The notes below the pieces were generated by a model. It was not told the origin of the DNA and did not search any database. It worked only from the letters and a program-made list of their open reading frames with translations. A stretch of DNA of 64,000 bases. Source: an uncultured Actinomycetes bacterium. GTDB taxonomy: Bacteria > Actinomycetota > UBA4738 > JBBDTT01. Numbering within the stretch: position 1 is the first letter of the stretch; every line of letters starts with the position of its first letter. Location: assembly GCA_963742735.1 (NCBI GenBank), contig CAVUMN010000003.1, forward strand, positions 768,001 to 832,000. Reading direction: 5' to 3'. Below are positions 10,556 through 22,240 of this stretch, piece after piece. Made by a program: the position numbers and the translations under genes.

Positions 10556-10593
10556 GGCGGAGAGTGTACGAGGGCGCCGCTAGACTCCCGCCC

Positions 10594-12312
10594 GTGCCCA
10601 GGCCGAACGACGAGGTCGCGGACGTCCTCCAGGAGCTCGCCGACCTGCTGGCGATCATCGGCGGCGATCCGCACAAGCCACGGGCCTACGAGAAGGCGGC
10701 CCGCTCGATCGGCGGCTACCACGCCGACGTCTCGACGCTGGACCTGAAGGGCATCCTGGCCATCCCCCAGGTCGGCAAGTCGATCGCCGTGAAGGTCCAG
10801 GAGTACCTGTCCACCGGCGCGATCCAGGCCGTCGAGGAGGCCCGGCTGCAGATCCCGGCGGGGGTCCGGGACCTCATCGCCATCCCCACGCTCGGGCCGA
10901 AGAAGGCGATGGTCCTGTACTCCGAGTTCGGCATCGGCTCGGTGGACGCCCTGGCCGAGGCCCTGGACGCCGGCCGCCTGGAGGGCATGAAGGGCTTCGG
11001 CGCCAAAACCGAGGAGAACATCCGCCGCGGCATCGACCAGCTGCGCTCCGCGTCGGGCCGCGCCCAGCTGAACGTCGCGATGGGCCTGGCCGAGGACCTG
11101 CTGGCCGAGCTCCGCGAGCTGAAGGGCGTGAAGGAGGCGGACTACGCCGGGTCGCTGCGCCGCATGCGAGAGACGATCGGCGACATCGACCTGCTCGTGG
11201 CCAGCACCAAGCCCGGCCCGATCATGGACGCGTTCACCTCGCACCCCCTCGTCGAGCACGTGAAAGCGCACGGCGACACGAAGTCGAGCATCCGGACCGT
11301 CCGCGGCCTGGACGTCGACCTCCGCGTGGTCCCCCCCGAGTGCTGGGGCGCGGCCATGCAGTACTTCACCGGCTCGAAGGCCCACAACATCCGCATCCGT
11401 GAGATGGCGGTGCGCAAGAAGCTGAAGCTCTCCGAGTACGGCCTGCACCGGGTCGACGACGACTCGCTCGTCGCGGCGGAGACCGAGGAGGAGGTCTACG
11501 AGCACCTCGGCATGCCCTGGATCGCGCCGACCCTTCGCGAGGACCGCGGCGAGGTCGAGGCCGCCCTGAAGGGCGAGCTCCCCGGCCTGGTCGAGCTGAG
11601 GGACCTGAAGGGCGACCTCCACACCCACACGATCCTGACCGACGGCCTGGCCACGCTCGAGGAGATGATCGCCGCCGCCCGCGAGCGCAAGTACGCCTAC
11701 TACGCCGTTACCGACCACGCGGAGCTGCTGTACATGCAGCGCATGACCCGCGAGAAGATCCTCGCCCAGCGCGAACGGGTCCGGGCCCTGGAGTCCGAGG
11801 GGACGATGAAGCTGCTCCACGGCACCGAGCTCAACATCCAGCCCGACGGCTCGGTGGACTGGGACGAGGAGTTCCTGGACGGCTTCGACGTGTGCGTGGC
11901 CAGCGTCCACAGCCACTTCACGCAGTCGAAGGAGGAGATGACCCGCCGGTTCATCCGGGCCATGGAGCACCCGAACGTGAACATCATCGGCCACCCCACG
12001 ACCCGCCAGATCGACCGGCGTCCTCCGGTCGACGTGGACCTCGACGCGGTGTTCGCGGCCGCCGCCCGGACCGGCACGGCCATGGAGGTCAACTCCTACC
12101 CGGACCGGCTCGACCTGAAGGACGACCACATCCGGCTGGCCCTCGGGCACGGAGTCAAGTTTGCCGTCGACACCGACTCCCACGCCGTGCCCCACCTGAA
12201 CGGGATGCGCTACGGGATCGGGCAGGCCCAGCGAGGGTGGCTCACCCCCGCCGACGTGATCAACACGTGGTCGTTGGCGAAGCTCCGCCGGTTCCTCGCC
12301 AAGGGCCGGTGA
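10594..12312 (+). CDS. polX: DNA polymerase X with PHP domain
   Basis: GSLRR...GDIDLL, FTGSKAHN, PHP HTH/TDH/DTDSH motifs; TAGACT 7 nt before GTG. Confidence 0.95.
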   Translation: MPRPNDEVADVLQELADLLAIIGGDPHKPRAYEKAARSIGGYHADVSTLDLKGILAIPQVGKSIAVKVQEYLSTGAIQAVEEARLQIPAGVRDLIAIPTLGPKKAMVLYSEFGIGSVDALAEALDAGRLEGMKGFGAKTEENIRRGIDQLRSASGRAQLNVAMGLAEDLLAELRELKGVKEADYAGSLRRMRETIGDIDLLVASTKPGPIMDAFTSHPLVEHVKAHGDTKSSIRTVRGLDVDLRVVPPECWGAAMQYFTGSKAHNIRIREMAVRKKLKLSEYGLHRVDDDSLVAAETEEEVYEHLGMPWIAPTLREDRGEVEAALKGELPGLVELRDLKGDLHTHTILTDGLATLEEMIAAARERKYAYYAVTDHAELLYMQRMTREKILAQRERVRALESEGTMKLLHGTELNIQPDGSVDWDEEFLDGFDVCVASVHSHFTQSKEEMTRRFIRAMEHPNVNIIGHPTTRQIDRRPPVDVDLDAVFAAAARTGTAMEVNSYPDRLDLKDDHIRLALGHGVKFAVDTDSHAVPHLNGMRYGIGQAQRGWLTPADVINTWSLAKLRRFLAKGR

Positions 12313-12917
12313 CTCCGGCCTCGCTCCGGCCGCTCCCGCGGCGCTTCTACGCCCGCCCCTCCCTGGAGGTGGCCCGAGACCTGCTCGGCTGCCTGCTGGT
12401 TCGCCACGAGCCCGGGGAGATCGTCGCGGCACGCCTGGTGGAGGTCGAGGCCTACGAGGAGGGCGACCCCGCCAGCCATTCGTTCCGCGGGCCGACCGCC
12501 CGCACCGAGGTGATGTTCGGCGCGCCCGGTCACCTGTACGTGTACTTCACCTACGGCATGCACTTCTGCTGCAACGTCGTCACCGGCCGGCCGGGCGAGG
12601 GGAGCGCGGTCCTGCTCCGGGCCGCCGAGCCCGTGGACGGTCTCCCCGCGATGGCCCGCCGCCGCCGGACGGACGACCCCCGCCTGCTCTGTGCCGGCCC
12701 GGGCCGCCTGACCCAGGCGTTCGGGATCGGCCGGGAGGACAACGGGCTCGACCTGGTCCGCGGTCCCGGCCTCGTGATCGCCCGGGGCGAGCCGGTCCCG
12801 GAGGCGCAGGTGCATCGCGGGCCGCGGATCGGGATCCGGGTGGCCACCGACCGGCCGTGGCGGCTGTCGGTGGCCGGCAGCCCGTACCTCAGCCGTCGGG
12901 TGCGTTCGCCGGGTTGA
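12309..12917 (+). CDS. mpg: DNA-3-methyladenine glycosylase (AAG/MPG family)
   Basis: VARDLLG, EVEAY, YVYFTYGMH, AVLLRA, GPGRL, RIGI. Confidence 0.95.
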   Translation: MTPASLRPLPRRFYARPSLEVARDLLGCLLVRHEPGEIVAARLVEVEAYEEGDPASHSFRGPTARTEVMFGAPGHLYVYFTYGMHFCCNVVTGRPGEGSAVLLRAAEPVDGLPAMARRRRTDDPRLLCAGPGRLTQAFGIGREDNGLDLVRGPGLVIARGEPVPEAQVHRGPRIGIRVATDRPWRLSVAGSPYLSRRVRSPG

Positions 12918-15375
12918 CCCAGATCGTGACGGTGGTCCCCTCCTCGGCCTCCTCGCCGCCGGAGGGGCTCTGGCTCCACACCCGGTTCGGTACGGCCGAG
13001 CAGTCGGGGTCCGTGGGCTCACACCGCCACTGATTCACGAGGTCGACCACGTAGCCCATCGCCTCGAGCGTCTCGATCGCGTCGGCCCGGGGCATGCCGA
13101 CCACGTCCGGTACCTTCCCGTCGAACGAGCCGGGGGAGGGCGGTGGGCGAGAGTCGGTGGCGACCACCAGGCCGATGGCCGTGCCCATGTAGGCGTCCTG
13201 GCCGGGGCCGGGGTCCTGGCTGAGCACCGAGCCCGGCGCCTGGCCCGGCGCGTACTCCTCCGTGACGGCGGCGGCGAAGCCGTTGGCCTGCAGGGTCGCT
13301 TGGGCCTCCTCCAGGGGCAGTCCCACCACCGAGGGGACGGGGAGCAGCTGCGGCTCGCTGGGCTCGGCGCACCGCTCGCGGGGCTGGGTGCCGGCCGGGT
13401 AGCGGACCTCGCGGATCAGCTGGGGCGGCGTGAACTTGTTGGGCAGGCACCCGCGGGTGAAGTCGATCTTGATCGTCACGTAGCCGAACTCCGGCCGGGG
13501 GAAGTCGCGCGCGGGGAGCCCCTGCACCGCCCGGACCATGAACGCGTGCCAGATCTGAGCCGGCCAGGACCCGCCGGTGACGTGGGGCAGGCGCGTCCGA
13601 GGGGCGACCATCTCGATGCCCCCGCGGGGGAACCCCACCCAGACGGCCGCGGCCAGCTGGGGTACGTAGCCGGCGAACCAGGCGTCGCGCCACTGCTGCC
13701 CGGTCCCGGTCTTGCCCGCGGCCGGGCGGTCCAGGGCCGCGGCGGTACCGGTGCCGGACAGGACCACCTTCTTGAGGATCTCGGTGGTCACCCAGGCGAC
13801 CGCGGGGTTGACGACCTGGTCGAGGCGCGGCTTGTTCTGGACCAGCACCTTCCCGCTCGCGTCCTGGATCTTGGTGATCGCGATCGGGCGGGTGTGGGCG
13901 CCGTTCGTCGCGAGCGTCCCGTACGCCGACGCCATCTCCAGCGGGTTGACCGGGCTCGTCCCGAGGATCGTCGAGGGGTAGTTCACGAGCTTGCTGCGGA
14001 TCCCCATCTTGTGGGCCGTCTCGTTCAGGAGCCGGGCGCCCAGGAACGGGTCGCCCCCGCCGATGTCCCTGACCACCTGCGCGTAGACGACGTTCACGCT
14101 GTTGATCGTGGCCTGCTCCAGCGTGATCGACCCGAACGCCGAGCCGTCGTAGTTCTGCACGGGCCACGACCCTCCGCCGGGCAGCGGCAGGACGATGCCC
14201 GAGCCGGCGGTGTAGATCCGGTCCGGAGGGATCCCCCGCTCAAGCGCGGTGACGAGCCCGAACGGCTTGAACGACGAGCCGGCGGAGCGCCCGACGGCCC
14301 CGTCGGCCGTGGCCAGGTTCACCTTCGCCACCGGGTCCTTGCGCGAGAAGAAGTCCCGGCCCCCGACCATCGCCTTGATGTGCCCCGTCCGCGGGTCGAC
14401 GACCGTCATCGCCCCGTACGGGTCGGTCCGGTAGATCAGGACGTCGCTGACGGCCTTCTCCGCGAAGCCCTGCAGGCGGGGGTCGAGCGTGGTGTAGATC
14501 CGCAGGCCCCCGGTGTACAGGGCCTTCTCACGCTCTTCCTTGGTGGCGCCGAGCCGGCGGTCCGCGATCACCTGGCGGCGCACGTAGTCGACGAAGTGCG
14601 CGGCGGGGTAGCGGCGCGTCTCGGGGGGAACCTTCAGGCCGAGCTGCCTTCCGCCGGTGAGCTCCTCCTGGGCCCGGGTGATGTAGCCCTGCTCGCGCAT
14701 CAGGCGCAGGACCAGGTTCCGCCGCTCGATCGCGACCTCGGGATGGTCGATCGGGTCGTAGTCGGTAGGCGCGGCGATCACCCCGGCGAGCGTCGCGGCC
14801 TGGGCCAGGGTGAGCTCGCTCGCGTCGCGGGAGAAGTAGTGGTGGGCGGCGGCCTCGACCCCATACGCGCCGTCGCCGAAGTACACCGTGTTCAGGTACT
14901 TGCCCAGGATCTCGAGCTTCGGGTACTTTTGCTCGAGTTCCCAGGCCAGCCGTGCCTCCCGCAGTTTGCGGTTGAGCGTCCGCTCGCCGCCGGTCAGCAC
15001 GTTCTTCACGTACTGCTGGGTGATCGTCGAGCCACCCTCGACGATCGCGCCCTCGGTGGCGTTCACGTAGAGGGCCCGCATGACCGCCTTGAGGTCCACG
15101 CCGCGGTGCTCGTAGAACCGGGAGTCCTCGATGGCGACGACGGCGTTTCGCATGTGCTCGGGGATGTCGAGGATCGGCACGAGCGTGCGGTCCTGCTCGG
15201 CGTGCAGCGTCGTGAGGATCGTCCCGTCGGCCGCGTAGACGATCGAGGTCTGGGCGAGCGGGATCTCCGCCGGCTCGTCGTCGGTGAGGTCGGGCAGCCG
15301 GCACGCCGCGGCCGCGAGGGCCACGAGAACGAGCAGGAGCGCCAGGGGAGTGCGCAGGAGGGCTCGACGTGACAT
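12889..15375 (-). CDS. Class A penicillin-binding protein with two PASTA domains
   Basis: EDSRFYEH, GGSTITQQY, RKLRE; SSFK, SVN, KTG; two VPxVVG PASTA repeats. Confidence 0.95.
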   Translation of the reverse strand: MSRRALLRTPLALLLVLVALAAAACRLPDLTDDEPAEIPLAQTSIVYAADGTILTTLHAEQDRTLVPILDIPEHMRNAVVAIEDSRFYEHRGVDLKAVMRALYVNATEGAIVEGGSTITQQYVKNVLTGGERTLNRKLREARLAWELEQKYPKLEILGKYLNTVYFGDGAYGVEAAAHHYFSRDASELTLAQAATLAGVIAAPTDYDPIDHPEVAIERRNLVLRLMREQGYITRAQEELTGGRQLGLKVPPETRRYPAAHFVDYVRRQVIADRRLGATKEEREKALYTGGLRIYTTLDPRLQGFAEKAVSDVLIYRTDPYGAMTVVDPRTGHIKAMVGGRDFFSRKDPVAKVNLATADGAVGRSAGSSFKPFGLVTALERGIPPDRIYTAGSGIVLPLPGGGSWPVQNYDGSAFGSITLEQATINSVNVVYAQVVRDIGGGDPFLGARLLNETAHKMGIRSKLVNYPSTILGTSPVNPLEMASAYGTLATNGAHTRPIAITKIQDASGKVLVQNKPRLDQVVNPAVAWVTTEILKKVVLSGTGTAAALDRPAAGKTGTGQQWRDAWFAGYVPQLAAAVWVGFPRGGIEMVAPRTRLPHVTGGSWPAQIWHAFMVRAVQGLPARDFPRPEFGYVTIKIDFTRGCLPNKFTPPQLIREVRYPAGTQPRERCAEPSEPQLLPVPSVVGLPLEEAQATLQANGFAAAVTEEYAPGQAPGSVLSQDPGPGQDAYMGTAIGLVVATDSRPPPSPGSFDGKVPDVVGMPRADAIETLEAMGYVVDLVNQWRCEPTDPDCSAVPNRVWSQSPSGGEEAEEGTTVTIWVNPANAPDG

Positions 15376-15443
15376 ACGAGGAACAAAGTCTAGCCACGCC
15401 ACCTGCGAAAACTGGGAGGTCGGCTCACGTACCATCGGCGCCT

Positions 15444-16622
15444 GTGAGCGGCCTGGAGATCCTGATCGACGACGCGGCGGAGGTCGTCCCCGCCGAGGAG
15501 CTCGAGCGCAAGCTCGCCCTGGGCCGGCCGCTGCGGGTGAAGCTGGGGCTCGACCCCACGGCCGAGCACGTGACGCTCGGGTGGGCCGTGGTCCTGCGCA
15601 AGCTCCGCGCGTTCCAGGACGCCGGGCACGTCGCGGTCCTGATCGTGGGCGACTTCACCGCCCGGGTCGGCGACCCGAGCGGCAAGTCCGAGACGCGGCC
15701 GCGCCTGGAGAAGGACGTGGTCAAGGCCTACGCGGACCGGCTCCTCGACCAGTTCAAGCTGATCGTGAGCGAGGAGCGCCTGGAGATCCGCTACAACTCC
15801 GAGTGGCTCGAGCCCTTGACCATGGAGGAGGTCCTGGGCCTCACCAGCAAGTACACCGTGGCCCGGATGCTCGAGCGAGACGACTTCGCGAAGCGCTACG
15901 AAGCGGGCAAGCCGATCTCGGTGATGGAGTTCCTGTACCCGCTCATGCAGGCGTACGACTCGGTGGCCGTGGAGGCGGACGTGGAGCTCGGCGGGACGGA
16001 CCAGCTGTTCAACCTGCTGGTCGGCCGGGAGATTCAGCGCGACTACGGGCAGGAGCCCCAGGTCGCGTTCACCATGCCGCTGCTGGAGGGGATCGACGGC
16101 GTCCAGAAGATGAGCCAGTCGCTCGGGAACTATGTCGGGATCACCGAGGAGCCCGAGGAGATGTTCGGCAAGCTCATGCGGATTCCCGACGAGCTGACCG
16201 CCAAGTATCTGCGCCTGTGCACCGACGCGGCCCCCGCCGACGAGGCCCTGCCCCCCGTGAAGGCCAAACGGAACATGGCCCGGACGATCGTGGCGACCTA
16301 CCACGGCGAGGCGGCCGCCGACGCCGCCGAGGCCAGGTTCGACACCGTCCACGTTGAGCACGAGCTCCCCGAGGACGTGCCAGAGATCCCCCTGCCCCCC
16401 GACGCCGTGAAGGACGGCGCGGTGTGGCTTCCCCGGCTCCTCGTCTCCGCGGGACTGGCCGAGTCCAACGGCGACGCCCGCCGCTTGATCGAGAGCGGGG
16501 GCGTGAGGGTCAACCAGCAGGCGGTGACCGACCCGGCGACGGAGTTCAGCCCCGAGGACCTCGCCGGCGCCGTGGTGCAGGTCGGCCGCCGGCGGTTCGT
16601 GCGGATCGCCGCGTCCGGCTAG
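15444..16622 (+). CDS. tyrS: Tyrosyl-tRNA synthetase (type 2) with atypical signature motifs
   Basis: VKLGLDPT, IVGDFTARVGDPSGK, YPLMQAYDS, ELGGTDQLFN, C-terminal S4 domain. Confidence 0.95.
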   Translation: MSGLEILIDDAAEVVPAEELERKLALGRPLRVKLGLDPTAEHVTLGWAVVLRKLRAFQDAGHVAVLIVGDFTARVGDPSGKSETRPRLEKDVVKAYADRLLDQFKLIVSEERLEIRYNSEWLEPLTMEEVLGLTSKYTVARMLERDDFAKRYEAGKPISVMEFLYPLMQAYDSVAVEADVELGGTDQLFNLLVGREIQRDYGQEPQVAFTMPLLEGIDGVQKMSQSLGNYVGITEEPEEMFGKLMRIPDELTAKYLRLCTDAAPADEALPPVKAKRNMARTIVATYHGEAAADAAEARFDTVHVEHELPEDVPEIPLPPDAVKDGAVWLPRLLVSAGLAESNGDARRLIESGGVRVNQQAVTDPATEFSPEDLAGAVVQVGRRRFVRIAASG

Positions 16623-16625
16623 GCC

Positions 16626-17213
16626 TCAGACCGACGCCGTCGGCCCGGGCGACTCGGGGGTCTCGCTGGGGGAGGGGTCCGGGCTCGGCGCTGGGGTGAT
16701 CCGATAGTCCACGAACGTCACCACCGCGGTGGGGCCGCTCGGGTTGTCGGCGATCAGGACGACGATCGGCCGCGGGCGCCCCTGCAGCGGGATCGTGAAC
16801 AGCACGTCGTCCTCCTCGGCGGGGTGGCGCCCCCACTCGATCTCGGTGGCGAAGGCGTCCAGGCACGCGGCGTAGAACCCCGCGACCAGGGCCACCCGCG
16901 AGGACGCCTCGAACTCGAAGCCGCGGCCGGCGATCCGCCGGGCCGGGGTGCCGATCGGCTGGTAGGGGCCGGCGTACTCCTCCGGCCCCTGGAGCAGGGC
17001 GGTGGGGGGGACCGGGATCAGCCCGGGCATGCCCTGCGTGCGTGCCGAGCGCGGGAAGCACTCGCCGAGCTCGGGAGGATCCGACGCGAAGCTCGGGATG
17101 GGGGCCGGGGGCGAGCCGAGCGGCGACTGGGGCGGCTCGGGGACCGGCTCGCCCGTGCAGCCCGTGAGCGTCACGAGCACGGCCAGGAGCGTCGGCAGGG
17201 CGGCCCGTCTCAT
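16626..17213 (-). CDS. Pro-rich lipoprotein, hypothetical
   Basis: MRRAALPTLLAVLVTLTGC lipobox; TAGCCT -10 8 nt upstream. Confidence 0.7.
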   Translation of the reverse strand: MRRAALPTLLAVLVTLTGCTGEPVPEPPQSPLGSPPAPIPSFASDPPELGECFPRSARTQGMPGLIPVPPTALLQGPEEYAGPYQPIGTPARRIAGRGFEFEASSRVALVAGFYAACLDAFATEIEWGRHPAEEDDVLFTIPLQGRPRPIVVLIADNPSGPTAVVTFVDYRITPAPSPDPSPSETPESPGPTASV

Positions 17214-17305
17214 CGGGGGTGAGGCTATCCCGGCGCGGGCCGGAATGCCCGGGGCCGTGTCCAGGTTGTACCGATTGACCGCATCTGTGCCCCCTCGGGG
17301 CGGCG

Positions 17306-17335
17306 TTGACGCTCGAACGAGCACGGGTGTACCAT
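17306..17335 (+). promoter_or_regulatory. rrn operon sigmaA promoter
   Basis: TTGACG-N18-TACCAT about 400 nt upstream of 16S. Confidence 0.65.
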
Positions 17336-17501
17336 CACCGATTGGTGTCGACCCCCGCGGGTCGGGGAGAAGGGCGTCTTCGCACTTGAAGCACTCTTCG
17401 ATTGACAAGCGAATGGAGGCAGGAACGACGGCCTGACATGCTCAGGTTCCGTTCCTGCCGCCGGCTCGTCCGGCGGCTTTCGTTTGTCGGGGAACCCCCG
17501 C

Positions 17502-17533
17502 GGGCTCGCACCTTGAGAACCGAACAGTGTGCC
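17502..17533 (+). promoter_or_regulatory. 5' arm of 16S processing stem with boxA-like CTTGAGAAC
   Basis: Complementary to ITS GGCACACTGTTTGGTCCTGAGGGTGCGAGCCC (19439-19470); CCTTGAGAAC recurs at ~19500 before 23S. Confidence 0.75.
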
Positions 17534-17730
17534 AAAAGCCAGTGCAGCAACTCCCGTCCTTTGATGGGAGGGTGCGCGCGAGCGTGCCCGAACGAAGAAG
17601 GCGGAATGTACTAACCAGCCGGACAACCGGCCGGATCGGAAGGACCGAGATATGCGTTAGCCCATCTCGGTCGCTCCGGTATGAATCTCGACGGCAGAGC
17701 TCGGCTTCGGCCGGGCGACGCCGAGAGACT

Positions 17731-19264
<1,534 letters not shown>

Positions 19265-20076
19265 AGCCATTGGCAAAACCTGGACCCGCTCGAGGAGAGT
19301 TCGGTACTCCTCCCGCGGACCGTCCGGGGGTTCCAGGTCAATCACTGGTTATTCCGGTCGCGTTCAGCGTGCCGAGAGCACTTAGTACGCCCAGCAATGG
19401 GAGTGGAACGGAGCTCGAGGTTCGCCGGCCGTGTCCGGGGCACACTGTTTGGTCCTGAGGGTGCGAGCCCTCGGGCGGGAGAAGCTGTCCCGTCCGTGAC
19501 CTTGAGAACCGCATAGCGAGCGCGAGCATCTACAGTCAAGTTAGTAAGGGCTTACGGTGGATGCCTTGGCGCCAGGAGCCGATGAAGGACGCGTGAGGCT
19601 GCGAAAAGCCCCGGGGAGCCGCCAACAAGGCTGGGATCCGGGGGTGTCCGAATGGGGAAACCCGGCCGGGGTCATGCCCGGTCACCCAGGTCTGAATACA
19701 TAGGGCCTGTGGAGGGAACCGCGTGAACTGAAACATCTCAGTAACGCGAGGAAGAGAAAGCAACCGCGATTCCCCAAGTAGCGGCGAGCGAACGGGGATG
19801 AGCCTAAACCGGTGCGGCGTGATACCCCTGCGGGGTTGCCGTGCCGGGGTCGTGGGACCCACATGCGAGTGCGCAGGAGCTCGCGGGGAGTTACAAAGTT
19901 AGCGGATAGTCGAAAGCCATGGAAAGGGCTGCCACAGCGGGTAAGAGCCCCGTAGGTGAAATCTGACTGACCTCCCTCGTGGTGTTCCCGAGTAACACGG
20001 GACCCGAGAAATCCCGTGTGAATCTGGGGGGACCACCCCCTAAGGCTAAACACTCCCTGGCGACCGATAGTGAACC

Positions 20077-20107
<31 letters not shown>

Positions 20108-20606
20108 GGGAGGGGAGTGAAACAGTACCTGAAACCGTGAGCCTACAAGCTGTCGGAGCTCGTCGTTGGGTAACCAGCGGCGGGTGACGGCGTGCCTTTT
20201 GAAGAATGAGCCGGCGAGTTAGCCGTATGTGGCGAGGTTAAGTCTCTGGACGAAGCCGTAGCGAAAGCGAGTCTGAAATGGGCGTCCAGTCGCATGCGCT
20301 AGACCCGAAGCCGAGTGATCTATCCATGGGCAGGTTGAAGCGGAGGTAAGACTCCGTGGAGGACCGAACCCACCAGGGTTGAAAACCTGGGGGATGACCT
20401 GTGGATAGGGGTGAAAGGCCAATCAAACTCGGTGATAGCTGGTTCTCCCCGAAATGCCTTTAGGGGCAGCCTCGGGCGTTCAGTATCGGAGGTAGAGCAC
20501 TGAACGGGTTAGGGGGCCTACAAGCTTACCGACCCCGATCAAACTCCGAATGCCGATACTCCAGAGCCCGGGAGTGAGGGTGCGGGGGATAAGCTCCGTA
20601 CCCGAG

Positions 20607-20639
<33 letters not shown>

Positions 20640-20679
20640 CAAGTTCGTGCTAAGTGGGAAAGGATGTGGGATTGCCCAG

Positions 20680-20714
<35 letters not shown>

Positions 20715-21637
20715 GAAAGAGTGCGTAACAGCTCACTGGTCAAGTGGTCCCGCGCCGACAATGTAACGGGGCTAAAGCACGACACCGAAGCTGCGGCATT
20801 CCTCGTATGGCTCGGCCTCGTTGGGCAACCTTCGAGGTCCAGGCCGAGGGATGGGTAGGGGAGCGTTCTCACGCGAGAGAAGCGGCGGGGTGACCCAGCC
20901 GTGGATGCGTGAGAAGTGCGAATGCCGGCATGAGTAGCGAGAGAGGGGGGAGGAGCCCCTCCGCCGATTGTCCAAGGGTTCCTGGGGAAGGTTCATCCGC
21001 CCAGGGTTAGTCGGGCCCTAAGCCGAGGCCGACAGGCGTAGGCGATGGAAGACAGGTTGATATTCCTGTACCAGCTCATTCGCGCCAAGGCCGAATCCAG
21101 GTTGCTAAGGGAACCCCCTTCGGGGGGCTACCGACCCACCTGGTACTAGGCCAGCGAAGGGGGGACGCAGGAGGGTAGGTGGACCCAGGCGATGGTTGTC
21201 CTGGGGTAAGCGTGTAGGGGGGTCCCCCAGGCAAATCCGGGGGGCCATCAACTCCGAGGCGTGATACCGAGCCGCATCAGGCGAAGCCACTGATCCCATG
21301 CTGCCGAGAAAAGCCTCTAGCGAGCGAGTGAGCTGCCCGTACCCCAAACCGACACAGGTGGACAGGTAGAGAATACCGAGGCGATCGAGATAACCCTGGT
21401 TAAGGAACTCGGCAAGTTGCCCCCGTAACTTCGGGAGAAGGGGGGCTTCGGTAGGGTGAGATCCTTCGCGGATCGAGCCCGATGAAGCCGCAGAAACCAG
21501 GCCCAAGCGACTGTTTACTAAAAACACAGGTCCGTGCGAAGTCGCAAGACGCTGTATACGGACTGACGCCTGCCCGGTGCTGGAACGTTACGGGGATGGG
21601 TTAGCTCTTCGGAGCGAAGCTCTGAACCTAAGCGCCA

Positions 21638-21719
<82 letters not shown>

Positions 21720-22170
21720 CGACTTGGGCACTGTCTCAACCGGGGACTCGGCGAAATTGCAATACGAGTAAAGATGCTCGTTACCCGCGGAAGGACGGAA
21801 AGACCCCGGAACCTTTACTGCAGCTTGGTGTTGGGTTCTGGTATGCGCTGCGTAGGATAGGCGGGAGGCTTTGAAGCTCGGACTCTGGTTCGGGTGGAGC
21901 CAACCTTGAAATACCGCTCTGCGTGTACTGGGACTCTAACCCGGGTCCATGATCTGGATCGGGGACAGCGCCAGGTGGGCAGTTTAACTGGGGCGGTTGC
22001 CTCCTAAAAGGTAACGGAGGCGCCCAAAGGTACCCTCAGTCTGGTCGGCCATCAGACGCCGAGTGCAAGGGCACAAGGGTGCTTGACTGCGAGATCGACG
22101 GATCGAGCAGGTGCGAAAGCAGGGCCTAGTGATCCGACGGTGGCATGTGGAAGCGCCGTCGCTCAACGGC

Positions 22171-22202
<32 letters not shown>

Positions 22203-22240
22203 TTCCCAAGAGTCCATATCGACGGAACGGTTTGGCACCT

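Noticed and set aside
21081-21152. Insertion in 23S domain III
   Set aside because: Matches the known high-GC Gram-positive signature insertion; useful for taxonomy, not novel
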